A stretch of 64,000 nt of DNA from the human T2T-CHM13v2.0 reference genome, Homo sapiens. Under the pieces are notes generated by a model, which saw only the letters and a program-made list of their open reading frames with translations, was not told the DNA's origin and made no database searches. Position 1 is the first letter of the stretch. Each line of letters begins with the position of its first letter. Shown in pieces: positions 1-12,290 of the stretch. The stretch is taken from assembly GCF_009914755.1 (NCBI RefSeq), contig NC_060928.1; one strand, written 5' to 3'. The position numbers were made by a program, and so were the translations under genes.

Positions 1-973
1 TTTGTATCTTGATTTACCTGCTTCCTTTAAAGCTAGAAGAACCTGGGTGACCTAGTTCTGGTTTTTTGATGGTAAAGATTTTTGGCAAAAATAGACAAAT
101 ATGTCAGGCAAAGCCACACCTTCCTCTTCTCCTCCTCTTCGTGCCTTGAATATGAATGAGATCTCTCGTTCATAAGATGGACCATGGCAAGCATGAAGAC
201 AACATGCTAAATAGGCAAAGCAGAAAAAGTCAGAGTTCCTGATGCCTCATTGCATAGCTAACAGTATGCCAAGTAGCCACCCTCTTCTAGACTTGCTGTA
301 GGAGAAACATAAACTTCTATTAATTTAAACAGTTATTACTTACAGCTAAACACATTCCTAACCCATATAATAAGCATAATGGAGTAGAGAGTTGTGGGTT
401 GGCTGGAGAGAGTCCTTGAGGGACAGCATTGTCACATTAGCTTTGAGAGTCAGTGGAGGCCTCTCTGAGAATGTCATTGGAGCTGAGCACCTAATGATCA
501 GAGGGAGCCAACAATATGTGGGATGTGTACTTGAGTGTAGCGTAGCACCAGAACCCCGTTGAACAAAACTTCAAAGTGTAGAAGAGATAGTTGGGGAAAT
601 TGTATTCCTTTATGGATTTCTGAGCTTGTGAGGTCCATGTGCATTGGAGAGCCTAGAGGAACTGTAGATGATCAGGTCAGTTTGGGGTCCTGGGAGATTA
701 TGATCTCTCCCAGGGGTAGATCTCTCTACTAGGGGTAGAGTTCTAGAGAATCAGACTAAAACAGAATGTATGTCCCATGACTTATCCCTAACACATTGCC
801 TGTTACCAAGAGACTGTTATTCCTGGGTAAAGGAGAAGTATAGTTGACGAGGGACTAACTAGCCTACAGGCCTCTGAACAGAGTAATTTTTCTCATATTC
901 TCCTTTGGAAACTAGATTGTGGTCCGGGGACTGGGGAGCTGCTTGCTCTGTTTGTCCAGTTGAAAAGTTCCCA

Positions 974-1651
<678 letters not shown>

Positions 1652-1749
1652 TCATTGTGCTAAAACTTTTACAAACATTATGTCCCCGACGACAATCCCA
1701 TGAAGCCCCTGTATTACTGATGAGAAAGCTGAGGCCTTAAGAAGAATAA

Positions 1750-2026
<277 letters not shown>

Positions 2027-2693
2027 CGAGGTCTTATAGCTAGTTGCAAAGCAGGTCTTTTACCAGCATGTGGTAAAGACTCTTGAGAGTAGGTTCCCCA
2101 GAGTGTACTAGGTTTGGAAGCACTTAATGACCTAAGTGAACAGAATATTTGAAAACATCTTGAGTCACTTTTTATATTCATCTTCTCCCTTTTTTTCTAT
2201 TTATGTATGTATGTGGTGTGAGTGTCCATAAAACTTACATATATGTGTATATACTCACATGTATGTGTATACACACTCTTGAATTATGAATTGTTTGAGG
2301 AAGAAAAGCAGTTTGATACACATGACATTTTAATTTCTGAATAAATTTGGTAAGCAAGAGAGGGAGGACTATAGAAAGGTCACTTAGATAGTAATGTACA
2401 TTCCTGCCATGGAACATTCCAAAATGAAATAAAGTTTGCATCATTCACATAAAATTTAGTGTGGATATAGCTGCTACCATGTGTCAGTGTGCTAGGTATT
2501 TTAGCTAGGTGATATAATATATGCTTCTCAGTTACTCTGGAAGGTAGGAAGGTCTCTGTTTTACACATAGGGGCATGGAGGCTGATAGAGCTTAACTTGT
2601 CCAAGGTGATCATGCAGCTCACTTGAGCCTAGCTGCTTTCTGCTGTACAGCACTACTCTGTTTTTAAATAGAGCCAAGTTAGTATCTTCCTTA

Positions 2694-3177
2694 TTTTCTT
2701 TTCCTTTTTTTTTTTTTTTTTTTTTTGAGGCAGGGCCTTGTTTTTTCACACAGGCTGAAGTGCAGTGGTGTGATCACAGCTCACTGTAGCCTCCACCTCC
2801 TGGGTTCAAGCTACCCTCTCACCTTAGCCTTTTGAGTAGCTGGGACCACAGACATGTGCCACCTTGCCCAGCCTTTCCCAATTTTTTTTTTTTTTTTTTT
2901 TTTTTTAGACAGGGTCTCTGTTACCCAGGCTGCAGTGCAGTGGCACAGATCACAGTTCACTGCAGCTTCCTCCTTCCTGGGCTCAACCAATCCTCCTGCC
3001 TCAGCCTCCTCAGTAGCTAGGACTACAGGCATGTGCCACCATGCCCAGCTAATTTTTCTATTTTTGTAGAGACAAGGTGTCACTGTGTTTCCAGGGCTGA
3101 TCTTGAACTTAAGCAGTCCTTCTACCTTGGCCTCCCAAAGTGTTGGGATTACAGGCATGAGCCACCATGCTTGGCCC
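2694..3177 (-). mobile_element. AluJ-type right monomer plus adjacent full AluJ
   Basis: Two T-tails (~2705, ~2882), each followed by reverse Alu sequence. Confidence 0.8.
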
Positions 3178-3754
3178 ATGGAGGATTATATTGAAAGATT
3201 GATAGCATAACAGAATAAAAGGTGAAAATGCCCTTTTAAATCTCCTGCTCTGGCCTCTTCACCAAAGCTCTTCCCTTTCCAGAAAGCTACTATTAACAGT
3301 TTGGTATATGCTATTCCAAACTTTGTGTGTATGCATAAACTTAAAGCATTAAACAAAAAATTGGCTCACATTGTACATTTTATTTAGATCTTGCTTAGAT
3401 TAACCCATGTGGTTCTTTTTGATGTTTTAAGGCATCTCATTATGATGTATCTGTAGTGCTCCTGAGCGGTGAGACCTGGGGGGTTGCTCACTCCTTCAGT
3501 TTTCTACTTATCAGTCCCGAGGACCCTTTTCCACTACAGATCTCTATGGCTTGCTCCTCACTTTAAGTCTTTGCTCAAATGTTGTGTTCTCTGACCACCC
3601 TACGTAGAACCGCAATACCCTACCTTGATTCCTCTCTGCACTCCCATTTTGCTTTTCTAACATCTATATATTTTACTGAATGTGTCTTTGCTTACCTTCT
3701 GTAGTATGTAAGCTCAATGGTAGCAAGAGTCTTTTCTTCACTATATTTTTTATG

Positions 3755-4068
3755 TTTTTTGAGGCAGGGCCTTGCTGTGTTACCCAGGCTGGAGGGCAGT
3801 GGTGCAATTTCAGCTCACTGCAACCTACATCACCCCCACCCCCCACCCACCCCCACCTGCATCCCTACTCAAGCAGTCCTCCCACCTCAGCCTCTTAAGT
3901 AGAGTAGCTGGGAACACAGGCATGCACCTCCACACCTGGCTATTTATTTTTATATTTAGCAGAGACGGGTCTTGTCATGTTGCCCAGGCTGGTCTTGAAC
4001 TCCTGAGCTCAAGCATTCAGCCAACCCTGGCCTCCCAAAGTGCTGGGATTACAGGTGCACACCCGGCC
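3755..4068 (-). mobile_element. AluJ with internal C-rich expansion (3833-3854)
   Basis: Reverse Alu consensus interrupted by cccccaccccccacccaccccc. Confidence 0.8.
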
Positions 4069-5885
4069 CACTCTCTTTATTCTTAGTACCTGGCTTACAG
4101 CAGATGCTCAGGATACATTTGTTGGTTCTGTCAGTCAGTCAACAAACAAGTGAACTCAGGACCCCTCTCAGATTGATAGCCACCCAACAGCCCAACCTGT
4201 CTCCTTTTCTCCTGTTATCACTCTCCACCAAAGAGCCCTAGGGGTGGGTGCTATTGGGTTGCAAGCAGGTTGAGCATCTTCACTGGGAAGGTAATGTGGG
4301 GAACTGCCATCAGGGACTCTTCAGATGCCTCTACAGAAGTGTTATGAAGAATAATGCCAACAGGAATACAATAGTGTTTTATTGATCACTTACTGTGTGC
4401 CAGCCCTGCAAGTCAAGAGAGAGAAAGTGTGAGCAGCAAAGGCAGGGGTAGAGCTAGCGATGCAGAGAAAGAGAAAAAGGAGAAAGTGAGCGATAGTAAG
4501 TGGTGAGGGAAGGGAAGGGAGACTAGTGGGGATTGAGTTGGAGAATTGAGAAAACTTGCCTAGGGGGCCACTATTGCTGGTCAGAAGAGTGACACATGTT
4601 TGACCCTGAAAAGTAGATCTCTGCTAGTGTGAGTTTAACTAGAATATTTTAACATCCATGCTGCAATCTTTTGAGAGAGGAGAAAGAGTGGCAAATTATG
4701 TCTGCTAGTATGGAAACATGTAGTTAGCAAGTCAGCAATTTAAATTTCATGGAGAGGGAGATAAAAGACCTTATCGGGAGTAAGAATAGAGCTGTGAAGG
4801 ACTATATTCAGTGTTTCAACCTCAGCCAAAGTTGTAACAGCCTCTTAAACAGAGGCAAGTTAAAATGATTACAAATTTAATGTGTGTTTCCATTTGTATC
4901 AAATGGTTTGTCCAGTCTGTACTAAGATAATTTAGTAACATACCTTTCTTTGCCTTAAGGATGTTTGAAAAGTAAAACAAACTATTTAATGCAAGTTAGG
5001 ATAAGTGTAGTCAATTTATAAATACTCACTAGAGAGGGAAAAGGAAACAGCTGTAGACAGTGTTAACCATAAAGAGAGGTTGTTTCCAGAGTTACCCAAG
5101 ATAGTACCAAGACTATCTGCCCAGATTGGATAATAATTTTTCCCCCAAATTCAGTCTTGTTTTGAAAGAATGCCCAATAGTTGTTTTATTTCGGTTTTTG
5201 TTTGTTTTTTTTTTTTGTTTTGATTAAGTACCTTTAATGAGTGGAAGTAAAATCTTAAGATTGATTGTCACTGGGACCCACTTTTCTTAAGTGTTGCATT
5301 CTTATGTGAGAATGACCTGTTGATTTCCTTTCTCTTGCATAGTTGACACTCTTACCTTTTCTTCCTTTTAATTCTAGTGAGGATGCTGACACAACCTGTG
5401 ACCTTAGGCAAATTACTTAAAACTAAGTCTACATTTCTTGGTTGTTTTTTTTTTGTGTGTGTTTGAGTCTCCATTTTCTTAACTATAAAATGGGATATTA
5501 GTATCTGCCTTGCAACTTTATTGTAATGTATTAATGAAATGCCATTTTTAAAAGGGCTTATTTATATTTAACACAATGCTTGGCACAAAGTAGGCACCAG
5601 GGGAATGGTATTTCCTTTTCTCCTCCCCCTCCTCCTTATGGTAAACTTGTGCACATTGTTTTCTTGCTGAAATGGCTTTGAGAAGCAGCCTCACAGTTAA
5701 AAGTGCAATTGGCCTTTGATATATACTAGATAGTTTGTTCATACAACTTGGGAATTGGAGAACCATTTTCTAATTCAAATGAGAACTTGGAATTCTGTCT
5801 CCAATAAAGCTTCTTACAGGTCATGCGTATCCCTGAATTTACTCACAGGCTAATGTTCACAGGCTACTCTTTGTTTCTCTTTCAG

Positions 5886-5912
5886 ATGAACAGACTAGCC
5901 ACTTTGCATTGA
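5886..5912 (+). promoter_or_regulatory. Candidate upstream ORF (MNRLATLH*) in frame with, and ending 9 nt before, the main ATG
   Basis: ATG AAC AGA CTA GCC ACT TTG CAT TGA at 5886-5912; main ATG at 5922. Confidence 0.6.
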
Positions 5913-5921
5913 CTGGAAACA

Positions 5922-5959
5922 ATGGCATTTACAGAAAGAGTCAACAGCAGTGGCAACAG
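5922..5959 (+). CDS. AFF1: First coding segment of AFF1 (AF4) long isoform: MAFTERVNSSGN + 2 nt of Ser codon (phase-2 donor)
   Basis: ATG at 5922 in good Kozak context (acaATGG) reads ATG GCA TTT ACA GAA AGA GTC AAC AGC AGT GGC AAC AG|gtaag. The peptide matches my recollection of the AFF1 N-terminus (MAFTERVNSSGNSLYNDDRN...). I also recall a TECR pseudogene lying inside AFF1, which fits. Confidence 0.9.
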
Positions 5960-6522
5960 GTAAGCATAGAATCTATGATTCAAAGACATGCTGATATTTA
6001 ATTTTATAATCTACTTTTCAATGAATAAGTTTGGTCTTTTTCAATTTTGCAACTTAAGAACTCACGGGTGCAAGAAAATGTTTGAAATTTTCAGTTTTCT
6101 CTACATGAAGTCAAACTTGTTGGACTGGCTACATATTTTCTTTTAAATCTAGCAATCGCTGAGTCTGTTAACTCATTTTTTTTAAAAATGTGGATGTTAA
6201 TTTAAATGATTAAATCAGCATTCTAATGCTGTGTTCAGGATAACAAGATTGCACTGATTTGGGGAAAGCATACACATGTTCAGCCTGTGCTTGAAATAAA
6301 TAAACAAATCCATCTCATCCTGAAAGCTGTGAAGGAGGGAATTCCTTCATATTTGTATTTTGCCCCTTTCACATCTCTCCCTCCAACTCTGCACACACAA
6401 TTTAGTGCCTTCTTGCATATAGTAATTGATCAGTGTTGATTGAGGGGATCATATTAACATTTTGAAGCAGTTTTACATAATAACTCATTTGACATTCGGA
6501 AAGAATTGTTATCACTGATTAG

Positions 6523-6795
<273 letters not shown>

Positions 6796-6933
6796 ACTCC
6801 AAAAACGTATTAAATGTTTTTAAATGTTACTACTACCCCTTGTAGTAACATTCTAGCAATTGCAGAGTTGTTTTTATTGTTACTTTTATCATAATTTCTA
6901 TTTATTAATTATTATTATTATTATTATTTTTTT

Positions 6934-7572
6934 TTTTTTTTTTTTTTTTCCGACTGGGGCAGGCGGGCTTTATTCCGGGTGCTGGAGAGCTGTGGGCCCC
7001 ACTCCTCCCCCAGAATGCCACCGGGTTGAGGGGCTGAGCCTCAGCAGGGGTGAGCGCTCAGAGCAGGAAGGGGATGATGGGCATGCGCAGGGGCGGGTAG
7101 TCCCGGAACTCCTTCAGGTAGCTGCGGTGCTTGCCCTTGGCCCAGATGGTCATCTGGGTGAAGCCCACCAGGGAGAACAGGGCCACTGGGAGACACTGCG
7201 TCATGATGGCGAAACCGATCCAGGACCCCACCTCGTAGGTGTAGTTGGGGCAGGACACCAGCAGGAAGAGCCACGTGAAGGGGTTCTTGGTGGGGTATGG
7301 GATCTTCCGCGTCTTGGACCCAGCGGGCCGCAGGTCCCGCAGGGCCATGTGGATGGAGAAGTTGCCGAGCTGGCAGATCACAAAGATGGCGAGCGCCAGT
7401 TTCACCTGCTGAGCTCCGTAGGTAGGGGGAGTGTAGAGAGGGTGATTGATGTAATAGGCCATCCACGCGGCGAAGCCCCAGTAGTAGGTGCAGTTCTGAA
7501 AGGGAGCAGGGCAGGGATGGGACTTGGGCCAGCACCGGACAAGGCAGATGCTGCCCATGTCTCATCCCGAGG
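6934..7572 (-). pseudogene. TECRP1: 5'-truncated, semi-processed retrocopy of TECR (trans-2,3-enoyl-CoA reductase), probably TECRP1
   Basis: ORF 7058-7558 carries NCTYYWGF...DYPPLRMPIIPFLL*, the TECR C-terminal 145 aa, with no introns. It is followed by a 3'UTR with AATAAA (tttatt at 6969-6974) and poly(A) (T-run 6927-6949). TSD tattattattttttt at 6919-6933 and 7573-7587. Segment 7496-7572 is non-coding-like and ends ...ccctgctccctttcag on the - strand. Confidence 0.93.
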
Positions 7573-7862
<290 letters not shown>

Positions 7863-8986
7863 TAATTTCTATTTATAATAGAATTCTTTTCCCACTTCTT
7901 GCTACTGCATTTCACTAGTCTAAAAAATAAAAACATTATAAGAAATGTAGACTCAGACTTATTTATAATGCAACAGAATAGATGATGGTGCCTGCAATTG
8001 TGGACCATCCCAAATGTTCTCCTACTTCTCCCCCTTTCTGGTTCATTTAGGAAATTATTCAATTCCTGGTCATCATTGTGGGCTGCTAAACTTGGTTTAC
8101 TCTCTCCCCTCACCAAAGGGAAGACAGTTAGTTGACCCTGGCTGCTGCAGTTCACATTCTGCTAGAGCCTGGGGGAAAGCTGTTGTCATTTGTCTTTAGG
8201 TTTATTCATAATGTTGGGTTTACACATACGTTTTACATTTTTATGTAGTTAAATGTCTTGTCCTTTATGGGTTCTGGCTTGATTGTGCTTAGAAAGGTCT
8301 TTCCTCCTCCAAGATTGTGAAAATAATGTCATGTGTTCTTTGCTGGCACTTGTACGATTTCATTTTTGCATTTAAATCAGAACTTGTAAGCTGGTGGACT
8401 GTGGGACAGATCTGGTCAACATATGGGTTTTGGTTAGCCTGTCACGGAATTCTGAAAGAAATTATCTGCCAGTGTTTTTTACATAACAATCTTCTATCTT
8501 CTCATGAAAAATGTAAGATTTAGCAACCCTGGGCTTGCATTGTCATATAGCAATGCTCAGAAAGAATTGAATAGCTTCGGCTCTTTTAAGCGGAACACAG
8601 GCTTTCTAATTCAGAACTTCCCAATTGGTGTGCCATCAAATGCTTTTCAGGTGTGCCACGATGTTGATTCCCCGCCCCCCAGCCTAAAGGTCAGCCAGAG
8701 CTCCTATCTAATTTCCTCCTGCAGACATCATCTGCTTTGTCCGTTTGCCCCAGAGACTTGATGTCACAAAAAAAAAAAAATTGAGAAAGCACTGACGCTT
8801 TTCAATTCGTTACAGTTCTCTGCACAGCCAGATTCACACATTTAGTTAGCTGCTTGACCCTCTTAACTTGCAACCCATTTTACATCTTTGACTTTTTAGT
8901 ATTTTGATCCACATGTAGTTAACTTGAATATATATTGTACATTTCATATTAATAGGAAAAGGTAAAGATGGGGGATGTTAGGGAAC

Positions 8987-9300
8987 TTTTTTTTCTTTTT
9001 CTTTTTTCTTTTTTTTTTTTTTTTTTTTGAGACGGAGTCTCCCTCTGTCACCAGGCTGAAGTGCAGTGGCATGATCTTGGCTCACTACAACCTCCACCTC
9101 CAGGTTCAAGCAATTCTCCTGCCTCAGCCTCCTGAGTAGCTGGGACTACAGGCACACCATGCCCAGCTAATTTTTGTATTTTTAGTAGAGACGGGTTTCA
9201 CCATGTTGGCCAGGATGGTCTCGATATCTTGACCTCATGATCTGCCCGCCTTGGCCTCCCAAAGTGCTGGGATTACAGGCGTGGGCCACCACATCTGGCT
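8987..9300 (-). mobile_element. AluSc-like
   Basis: Full reverse Alu; flanking gggaac duplicated. Confidence 0.85.
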
Positions 9301-9890
9301 GGGAACCTTTTTTTTTTTTTTTTTAAAGCAAAAAGCTAGACAATTGTTTCATCATTTTTTATTAAATCACCTGTCTTTTCTCCACAGATACAAATGCTAT
9401 GTCTAAATTTTATCACAGTCTTGGGTCTGTTGTTGGGCTGTCTTTTGCTCCATTGATGTGTCTTTTGGCAACTGTGGCATATTGTTTCACTGTATCTTTA
9501 TATGTCATAATATTGAGGCAGATTCTTTGTAATTCTTGTTTTTAGAATTTTCATAGCTATTCATTCTCATGCTTCTCAGTGTATTCTGAAGTCATTCATC
9601 ATTTTCTAGAAAATTTATGATTGGCATTTTGATTGGAATCCCTTGGAATTCATCAGTTAGAGTTGACTACTGTAGGCTATTAAAACGTCTTCCTATAAGA
9701 ATGTAGATATCAGACTGGTGAAAATTTAAGGAGCTGAAGTAATTTTAAATTTTAATTGTAAGATTTTCGTGGAGGTGATTTTTCAAAAAGGTTTAGTTAC
9801 TGATGTTGGTTCCTGTGTTATTTCTGGTAGATGAATCAATTATATTAGGTAAAAGTATTATCATTGGCATGATTAAAAAGATGTTTTAGC

Positions 9891-10070
9891 TTAAAACCTA
9901 AATGATGGGTTGATAGGTACAGCAAGCCACCACAGCATGTGTATACAACCTGCATGTTCTGCACATGTATGTAACAAACCTGCATGTTCTGCACGTGTGT
10001 TTAACAAACCTGCATGTTCTGCACATGTATCCCAGGACTTAAAGTAAAAAAAAACAAAAAAACAAAAACA
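9891..10070 (+). mobile_element. Short L1PA 3'-end fragment containing a 30-bp tandem triplication
   Basis: gatgggttgataggtacagcaa...aacctgcatgttctgcacatgtatcccaggacttaaagt plus A-rich tail matches the L1PA 3'UTR terminus. Confidence 0.85.
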
Positions 10071-10074
10071 CAAC

Positions 10075-10397
10075 TTTTTTTTTTTTTTTTTTTTTGAGAT
10101 GGAGTCTCACTCTGTCCCTCAGGCTGGAGTGCAGTGGCGTGATCTTGGCCCCTCTGCCTCCCGGGTTCAAGCGTTTCTCCTGCCTCAGCCTCCTGAGTAG
10201 CTGGCACTACAGGCACCCACCACCACGCCCGGCTACTTTTTGTATTTTGTATTTTTTATTTATTTATTTATTTATTTTCAGTAGAGATGTGGTTTCACCA
10301 TATTGTCCAGGCTGGTCTCAAACTCCTGACCTTGTGTTCCCCCCCACCCCCACTACCCACCCCCGCCTTCAGCCTCCCAAAGTGCTAGGATTACAGG
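10075..10397 (-). mobile_element. AluS with C-rich expansion at 10339-10364
   Basis: Reverse Alu consensus, tail-to-tail with the L1 fragment. Confidence 0.85.
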
Positions 10398-11102
10398 CGT
10401 GAGCCATGGCGCCCAGCAAAAAGAAAAAAGATACTTTATATTCTATGACATATTTTTTTTGTTTTGCTAGTTATTAAGTTTGGATGGGTAACTGCCCCTT
10501 ATAGTAACATTCTAGCAATTACAGAGCTGTTTTTATTATTTGTTACTTTTATCATAATTTCTAGCTCCTCACCTCCTCAATATGCTCCTTTTAGTTTTAG
10601 TACCTACTACAAGTGGTAAGTTTGGGGATATCCTTTAAAAAGCTCTATTTTTAATACACACCAGTAGCTCACTTGTTTAAATGTTTAATCATGATAGGTA
10701 TTTAATCTTTTATTTGCCCAGAAAAAAACATTAAATTCATGTGGAACTGGTCCAGGACTAGGATATATTTGCAAAGGAAACAGATGTGTATTGAGTACGC
10801 AGCTCTAATCATTCAAACTAAATTGAAGTCTGAACGTGAACCCTTACTTTGCTCAGGGCTATCAAAAGTCATAAGCGTGGACAGAATATTAATGTAATGT
10901 GCAAAGACAATGTTTTAGTTCTTACAAATAATGAGCTTATTCTGTGACTTCCAGATTTATCGGCACTTGACACTGTTGAATTTGAGCTCACTTATATTTC
11001 TTCACCTTCCTTCCGTCCCCCTTTTTAATAGTTCTTTCTAAAAATTGTTATTGGAGTCTAACAGACTGAAAAAGGCAGACATTATTAGTACAGTTTAGTG
11101 CA

Positions 11103-11458
<356 letters not shown>

Positions 11459-11629
11459 TAGAACTCCTCTCCTTTCCCCTTTCAGCTACTACCTCCCTTA
11501 AAAGTCATCACTGTTCTGACTTGTAACACCCTGCATTTGTTTTGTCTGCTTTTCAATTTGATTTAAATATAATCATATAGCATATACTCCTTTATAAAGT
11601 TTCCATTCATTTTGATGTTTGTATTAGTT

Positions 11630-12290
11630 AACCTTCAAACACTGTGAGGTTTAGGGGTAAAATATCTACATGACTTTTGGCTCCCTAAAAGCTTAACTAC
11701 TAATTAGCCTACAGTTGACTGGAAGCCTTATGAATAACATAAACAGCTGATTAACACATATTTTGATATGTATTAAGTAGTGTATTCTTACAATAAAGTA
11801 AGCTAGAGAAAAGAAAATGTTATTAAAATCATTTCTAGGCATGGTGGCTAATGCCTGTAATCCCAGCACTTTGAGAGGCTGAGGTGGGCAGACTGCTTGA
11901 GTCCAGGAATTCATTCGAGACCAGCCTGGGCAACATGGTTAAACCCTGTCTCTACAAAAAATACAAAAATTAGCCACCTGTAGTCCCAGCTACTGACAGG
12001 GGTCCAGGTGGGGTAAAGGCCTGAGGTGGGAGGATTGCTTGAGCCTGGAAGGTCAAGGCTGTGGTGAGCCAAGATTGCACCACTGCACTCCAGCCTGGGT
12101 GACAGAGCAAGACCCTGTCTCAAAAAAATCTTAAGATAAAATGTATTTACTGTTCATTAAGTGGAATTGGATCATCATAAAGGTCTTCATTCTCAACCTC
12201 TTTATGCTGAGTGAAAGAGGAAAGTCTTCATGTCTCTGAAGCAGAAGAAAATCCATGTCAATGGACTTGTGCAGTTCAAGCCCATGGGGT
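11630..12290. mobile_element. Tigger2/MER28-like DNA transposon fossil interrupted by AluJ (~11835-12128, +)
   Basis: aataaagtaagctagagaaaagaaaatgttattaa and ggatcatcataaaggtcttcat resemble recalled Tigger2-family consensus. Confidence 0.65.

Larger units (their letters stand above)
5886..5959 (+). other. AFF1: 74-bp internal exon (36 nt 5'UTR + 38 nt CDS) with canonical splice signals
   Basis: Branch-point-like ctaat ~5850, pyrimidine tract ctctttgtttctctttcag ending 5885, and strong donor CAG|gtaagc at 5960. Confidence 0.9.

Noticed and set aside
7041-7565. 174-aa alternative-frame ORF overlapping the TECR ORF
   Set aside because: Explained by stop-codon scarcity in GC-rich codons; no recognisable protein.
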